Sequence record: OP999027.1
Reading direction: 5' to 3' (one strand)
Length of the DNA: 10,026 bases
The stretch's first letter is position 1, and each line of letters begins with the position of its first letter. A program made the translations under genes and the position numbers. Shown here in pieces: positions 6,693-10,026 of this stretch. The notes beneath the pieces were generated by a model that did no database searches, had not been told where the DNA came from, and was given only the letters and a program-made list of their open reading frames with translations.

Positions 6693-7163
6693 CTATCTAT
6701 TCTGCGTATTAAATATCATTTCACGCAAGCTTTCAATAAATTTATCTATAAACTCCATTTTTTCAGTAAATAATCCAGGTCCTTTTATAGGTTGTTGTAA
6801 GTACTGAATCAAGTAAAACATTAGTAACTTGTGTGCTTTTTTTGCTCTCTCGTCCTTATAGTCAGGTACGACGTAAATCATAGCCAACACATTATCCTCA
6901 TTCTGCCAATCCTCATTGAATTCTGAAACATACGTCTGTAATGATGCTTTCAATTGTATTATATATTTTGTTTTAGCTTCATCACTTTCTAAGGTATTTA
7001 ATAACTTCGCTATCATACGAACTATTTCATATCTTGTTGCCTCTGCAGGGTCCTCAAGACCTAGTTCTCTCAAATATTGTATAGCTTCTTTATCTTGTGC
7101 AACATTTTTCTTTATATATTCCCAGCTTATTTTACTTATTCCTTCTGGCACAATATCTATCAT
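6693..7163 (-). CDS. Hypothetical all-alpha protein (156 aa), first gene of the TGT/ArcS operon
   Basis: ATG with GGAGGTGG RBS directly downstream of cassette copy 3; paralogous to 6225-6677. Confidence 0.87.
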   Translation of the reverse strand: MIDIVPEGISKISWEYIKKNVAQDKEAIQYLRELGLEDPAEATRYEIVRMIAKLLNTLESDEAKTKYIIQLKASLQTYVSEFNEDWQNEDNVLAMIYVVPDYKDERAKKAHKLLMFYLIQYLQQPIKGPGLFTEKMEFIDKFIESLREMIFNTQNR

Positions 7164-7196
7164 GTTTTTCCCACCTCCATTTATCTTTTCTCTTTT

Positions 7197-7340
7197 TTAG
7201 CTTAAAAAACTATCTATCATGAACTCCATAGTCAAAAACGTAAAATTATGTGTTAACACGAAACGATAGTCAAAAAACTTGAGAGGAAAAAAAGGGGCTT
7301 CTCCAAAATTGTAGAACTATCATGACAATTCTACAAATTT
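7197..7340 (-). promoter_or_regulatory. Intergenic cassette copy 3
   Basis: 54/62 identity of 7197-7258 to 2091-2152 and 36/43 of 7298-7340 to 2191-2233. IR AAAATTGTAGAA(7305-7316)-N12-TTCTACAAATTT(7329-7340); near-palindrome ACGTAAAATTATGT 7238-7251; T7 tract (A7 on + at 7287-7293). Confidence 0.82.
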
Positions 7341-7377
7341 GCTACCATCACGAATTTTTCTCGTACTAATGAGATTT

Positions 7378-7392
7378 AAAAAAAGGGAAAAA
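7378..7392 (-). terminator. Oligo-T terminator candidate for the thyX operon
   Basis: Minus strand TTTTTCCCTTTTTTT about 70 nt after the thyX stop. Confidence 0.5.
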
Positions 7393-7401
7393 TTTAGCGA
7401 T

Positions 7402-7441
7402 AAAAGTTCGAAGTTCCTGTATATAGCAAAAGTTCGAAGTT
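7402..7441. repeat. Perfect 14-bp direct repeat AAAAGTTCGAAGTT (period 26)
   Basis: Copies at 7402-7415 and 7428-7441, separated by CCTGTATATAGC. Confidence 0.85.
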
Positions 7442-7462
7442 TGAAAATAAGCTTTCATCACT

Positions 7463-8239
7463 TCAAATCGAGTCAATAACACCACGTGAATTAATGACGC
7501 ATTTTATAATTCCATCCCTATTAACTCCTTCAATACATCTTTGAGATATAAACTCTATATTGTGATTTTTAAGTACATCATCTAAAGTTATATACTCATT
7601 TCTTATGAAATTCTCGTGTATTATGCAATTTGGCCCAGCATATCTAAATAATCTTGGGTGAACTTTCTTTACTTCCTCTAACATTCTCCACGCAATTGCT
7701 CTAATTTCCCATTGAGCTCTTGAACAGAGCCTTAGGGAAAAGAAATTATATAATTCCCTAGCATTCATACTTACTACGATGTTTGTATTAACAGCGTTTG
7801 GCAAAACATAACGCGCATCCTCTTCGGGTATTCCGCTCTTCAACAATTCATAATAAATTTCATAAGCATTATTGTAAGCTTTGTTAACTAGCTCATGAAC
7901 ATCCCTCTTTTTAATGCTAATAGGTATTATTGGCTTATAATATTCATCTATTGGCCTAGCAAACCTATGAGACATTTGCGTATAAGAGGCTATTCTATGC
8001 CTAACAAGCTGATGAGACGCAACCCTAGAAATTCCCTCAATAGAAAAAGTATAAACTGAATGCTCTAACACAGACCAATACCCATGTAGAATTGCATCCC
8101 TAATCCATGTCTCAATCTCGTCATCACTCATTTCTTTTTCATGATAATCCCAACCTTTCCTACTCCTACTCATTTTAGCCGCAATCGCTACTACCTTTTC
8201 ACCATCAGGTGAATATGATACTAGTCTGACTATCATCAC
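7463..8239 (-). CDS. thyX: Flavin-dependent thymidylate synthase ThyX
   Basis: ThyX motif RHRxxSxxxxSxR ([13 protein letters not shown]), plus SVLEH, ARYVLP and [12 protein letters not shown]. Start GTG 8239 or ATG 8236. Confidence 0.97.
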   Translation of the reverse strand: MMIVRLVSYSPDGEKVVAIAAKMSRSRKGWDYHEKEMSDDEIETWIRDAILHGYWSVLEHSVYTFSIEGISRVASHQLVRHRIASYTQMSHRFARPIDEYYKPIIPISIKKRDVHELVNKAYNNAYEIYYELLKSGIPEEDARYVLPNAVNTNIVVSMNARELYNFFSLRLCSRAQWEIRAIAWRMLEEVKKVHPRLFRYAGPNCIIHENFIRNEYITLDDVLKNHNIEFISQRCIEGVNRDGIIKCVINSRGVIDSI

Positions 8240-8249
8240 TTTCGCCTCT

Positions 8250-9260
8250 TCAAAACGTTATGTAAAACTCTGCGATTAAGTGTAAGGCCTCTTTAGCGTT
8301 CTTTAGGGCCTCATCAAGATGCTTTTGGAAATCGTCAAAACATAGCGTATACGTATCATTACATAGTACGTCGTAAAGTGCTTGTAATGCCTTAAAATCT
8401 GCATATGTCTCCATTAAGTTTATTATAGTTGCGTCAAAATCAACGTCTTCTGCATCTATTCTTTGCTCCTCCTCGTTCCAGGCTTTTTTTGATAACACTA
8501 ATCCAGCCGGATTAGCAGGAGTGATTGCTAGATTATAATACTCCCACATATTGTCAATAGCTTCGCTTAGCACATTATAAGTTCCCCTAGTAATATCCTC
8601 ATTCGCCTCAAGCATCGCGGTAATCGTATCTATGTCCCTCTCAAGATGCTCATGTCTATTTTCTATCATGCCATAATACCTCGAAAGATACTTGTCTAAC
8701 TCTTCCACCAAGGCTTGCCTTTTATCTGGGCCAATATTGTTGTGCCTTGTGTAGTAATCTGAAATTGCAACAAGTATACCAAATGCTCTCAGCCTAAACA
8801 CATCTAAATCTCCTTTTAGAAAGAATGACTCTATATCTCTGTTTTGTTTTATAAGCAGATATAATGCCTCCATTGCCCTTAAATTTGCGTAAATTTCTAA
8901 AACATACATAAATGCATTTTTGGCATCGAATTTCTCTGCTACCATTATGCCTCTCTCCTTATCAAAAGCCTTATTAAAAACCGCACTTAGCATTGCGGCA
9001 TACTCCCTCACCTCATCATAGTAGACACCTTCTAAAATGCTAAACGTTAACTCTATTGCGCTTTGCGCGCTTTTCGAAGTAAACTTTTTTTTCTCAATCT
9101 CTTTCCAAACATATTTAAGACTTAATTCTATGTTAAAAACTGTCTCTTGTGTTTCCCCATAATAAACCTTAAACTCCATTAGATCTTTAATACTCTGTTG
9201 TATTTTTGAAATAAGTTCTACCTTATCATTTGCCCCTCTAGGGTTTATAAGTTCGGCCAT
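8250..9260 (-). CDS. Hypothetical alpha-helical protein (~336 aa) made of two diverged ~162-aa repeats
   Basis: Long ORF; ATG 9260 follows GGTGA RBS (track start GTG 9275). YYG, KA, E.YA and ALY recur at an offset of 162 aa. Confidence 0.85.
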   Translation of the reverse strand: MAELINPRGANDKVELISKIQQSIKDLMEFKVYYGETQETVFNIELSLKYVWKEIEKKKFTSKSAQSAIELTFSILEGVYYDEVREYAAMLSAVFNKAFDKERGIMVAEKFDAKNAFMYVLEIYANLRAMEALYLLIKQNRDIESFFLKGDLDVFRLRAFGILVAISDYYTRHNNIGPDKRQALVEELDKYLSRYYGMIENRHEHLERDIDTITAMLEANEDITRGTYNVLSEAIDNMWEYYNLAITPANPAGLVLSKKAWNEEEQRIDAEDVDFDATIINLMETYADFKALQALYDVLCNDTYTLCFDDFQKHLDEALKNAKEALHLIAEFYITF

Positions 9261-9380
9261 TTTTGTATTCACCAATTTAACTATTGTTCTTTATACTTAT
9301 AAATCTATTTCCTATGTTTTACGGTAATAACCCATAAAAACTATGGCATTTATTAGCATAGCCACTACCTAAAAAAAAGG
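9258..9380 (-). promoter_or_regulatory. Promoter of the 336-aa/thyX operon; possible degenerate fourth cassette copy
   Basis: TTTATAAG TATA (9296-9303), palindrome CCATA-N5-TATGG at 9331-9345, A8-GG at 9371-9380. Primary identity to the other copies is weak. Confidence 0.55.
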
Positions 9381-9509
9381 AACGTATTATGACTATAGAG
9401 TAGGATTTTTCTAAAAATATGTAGAAAAAGAAGCTAGCTTAAAGTAAAAGGTAAAAATGCTAGGATAGAATGCAGACTCACTTATTATTATCATTTGATC
9501 AAAAAGAAT

Positions 9510-9608
9510 TTAAAAAAAAGACTCATCAACGTCATTTTTCAATTCATTACGTAGTTCATCAGTGGAAAATGTTAGAATCGAAAATAATAGTATTTTTTTG
9601 TAATTCAT
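9510..9608 (-). CDS. Possible 32-aa peptide MNYKKILLFSILTFSTDELRNELKNDVDESFF overlapping the end of the previous ORF
   Basis: ATG 9608 with GGCGA upstream; TAA at 9510-9512 directly after a T8 tract. Short, so it could be chance. Confidence 0.25.
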   Translation of the reverse strand: MNYKKILLFSILTFSTDELRNELKNDVDESFF

Positions 9609-9937
9609 ACTTCGCCTTATGCAAATGGCTTGAGGCCCTCCCAATAATCTCTTTTTCACTTTTTCCCTTAGAGGGATTATAAACGAATACTAATACTAGC
9701 ACGTCAGGCGGATTTTTGCCTGGGTAAACGTGAACATAAACATTAACATCAGGCATTTCCTCAATATCACAAATATAAAGTGCCCAATTTGTCTTTTTGT
9801 ATAAAAAGCCGTCACACTTCGATGTTTTGTAACGTGTTACTTCGCTAAGTCTATTTTCTGCCCAAGTAAATAATTCAATGAGTTCTTTTTTTAATTGTTC
9901 CGAAATTACGCTCTGCGCAGAAATTATTTATCCCCAT
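9559..9937 (-). pseudogene. Probable ~125-aa gene with a single frameshift near its 5' end (or a non-AUG start); the track shows only its last 65 aa
   Basis: The frame of 9559-9756 stays open to 9927 (IISAQSVISEQLKKELIELFTWAENRLSEVTRYKTSKCDGFLYKKTNWALYICDIEE-MPDV...) with no ATG/GTG/TTG before 9756. An ATG at 9937 sits one base out of frame, downstream of a TTTAAAAA box (9956-9963). Confidence 0.55.
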
Positions 9938-10026
9938 TTTTGTTTCTCGTTTATATTTTTAAACATTTCGAAGTAAAAAGTAAAGTTTATTAACTTTTAC
10001 ATCGTTACTTATGATAGCCCCCAATG

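Noticed and set aside
6225-7163. The two ~150-aa helical paralogs as bicaudavirus major capsid proteins
   Set aside because: Size fits, but I see none of the capsid-protein N-terminal motif I remember (KGDY.GG); no sequence support.
6916-7200. + strand 94-aa ORF
   Set aside because: Antisense shadow of the 156-aa gene and its RBS.
2091-7340. Repeated intergenic sequences as a CRISPR array or MITE family
   Set aside because: Copies are kilobases apart and ~145 bp long, with no regular spacers, no terminal inverted repeats and no target-site duplications; they coincide with promoters.
9470-9682. + strand 70-aa ORF
   Set aside because: Runs through A-tracts that are better explained as minus-strand terminators, and opposes a longer minus-strand frame.
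1-10026. Restriction-site avoidance (GGCC, GATC, CCWGG)
   Set aside because: All three occur repeatedly in the window; no depletion is visible by eye.

Overview
AT-rich window that reads as Sulfolobales (crenarchaeal) DNA, most likely a large virus or provirus. That origin is an inference from gene content: thyX, a DpdA-like transglycosylase, many RHH regulators and an IS200/IS605 element, as in STSV/bicaudavirus-like genomes. Positions 1-246 are the 3' end of a + strand tnpB with a clearly foldable right-end/omegaRNA. All other supported genes are on the minus strand, in four apparent operons: [two-repeat helical protein -> thyX], [two paralogous helical proteins -> TGT/DpdA-like -> stand-alone ArcS-motif/DUF5591 protein], [2xRHH -> 4xRHH -> 4-5xRHH+wHTH] and [RHH-fusion -> 4xRHH+coiled coil]. 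Three operons are preceded by copies of the same ~145-bp terminator/palindrome/promoter cassette, and the fourth by a possible degenerate copy. Main leads: a candidate 7-deazaguanine DNA-modification operon with two unknown partners; about 15 RHH domains in five adjacent genes; and the shuffled regulatory cassette that may be their target. All alignments and counts were done by hand; no database searches were run.
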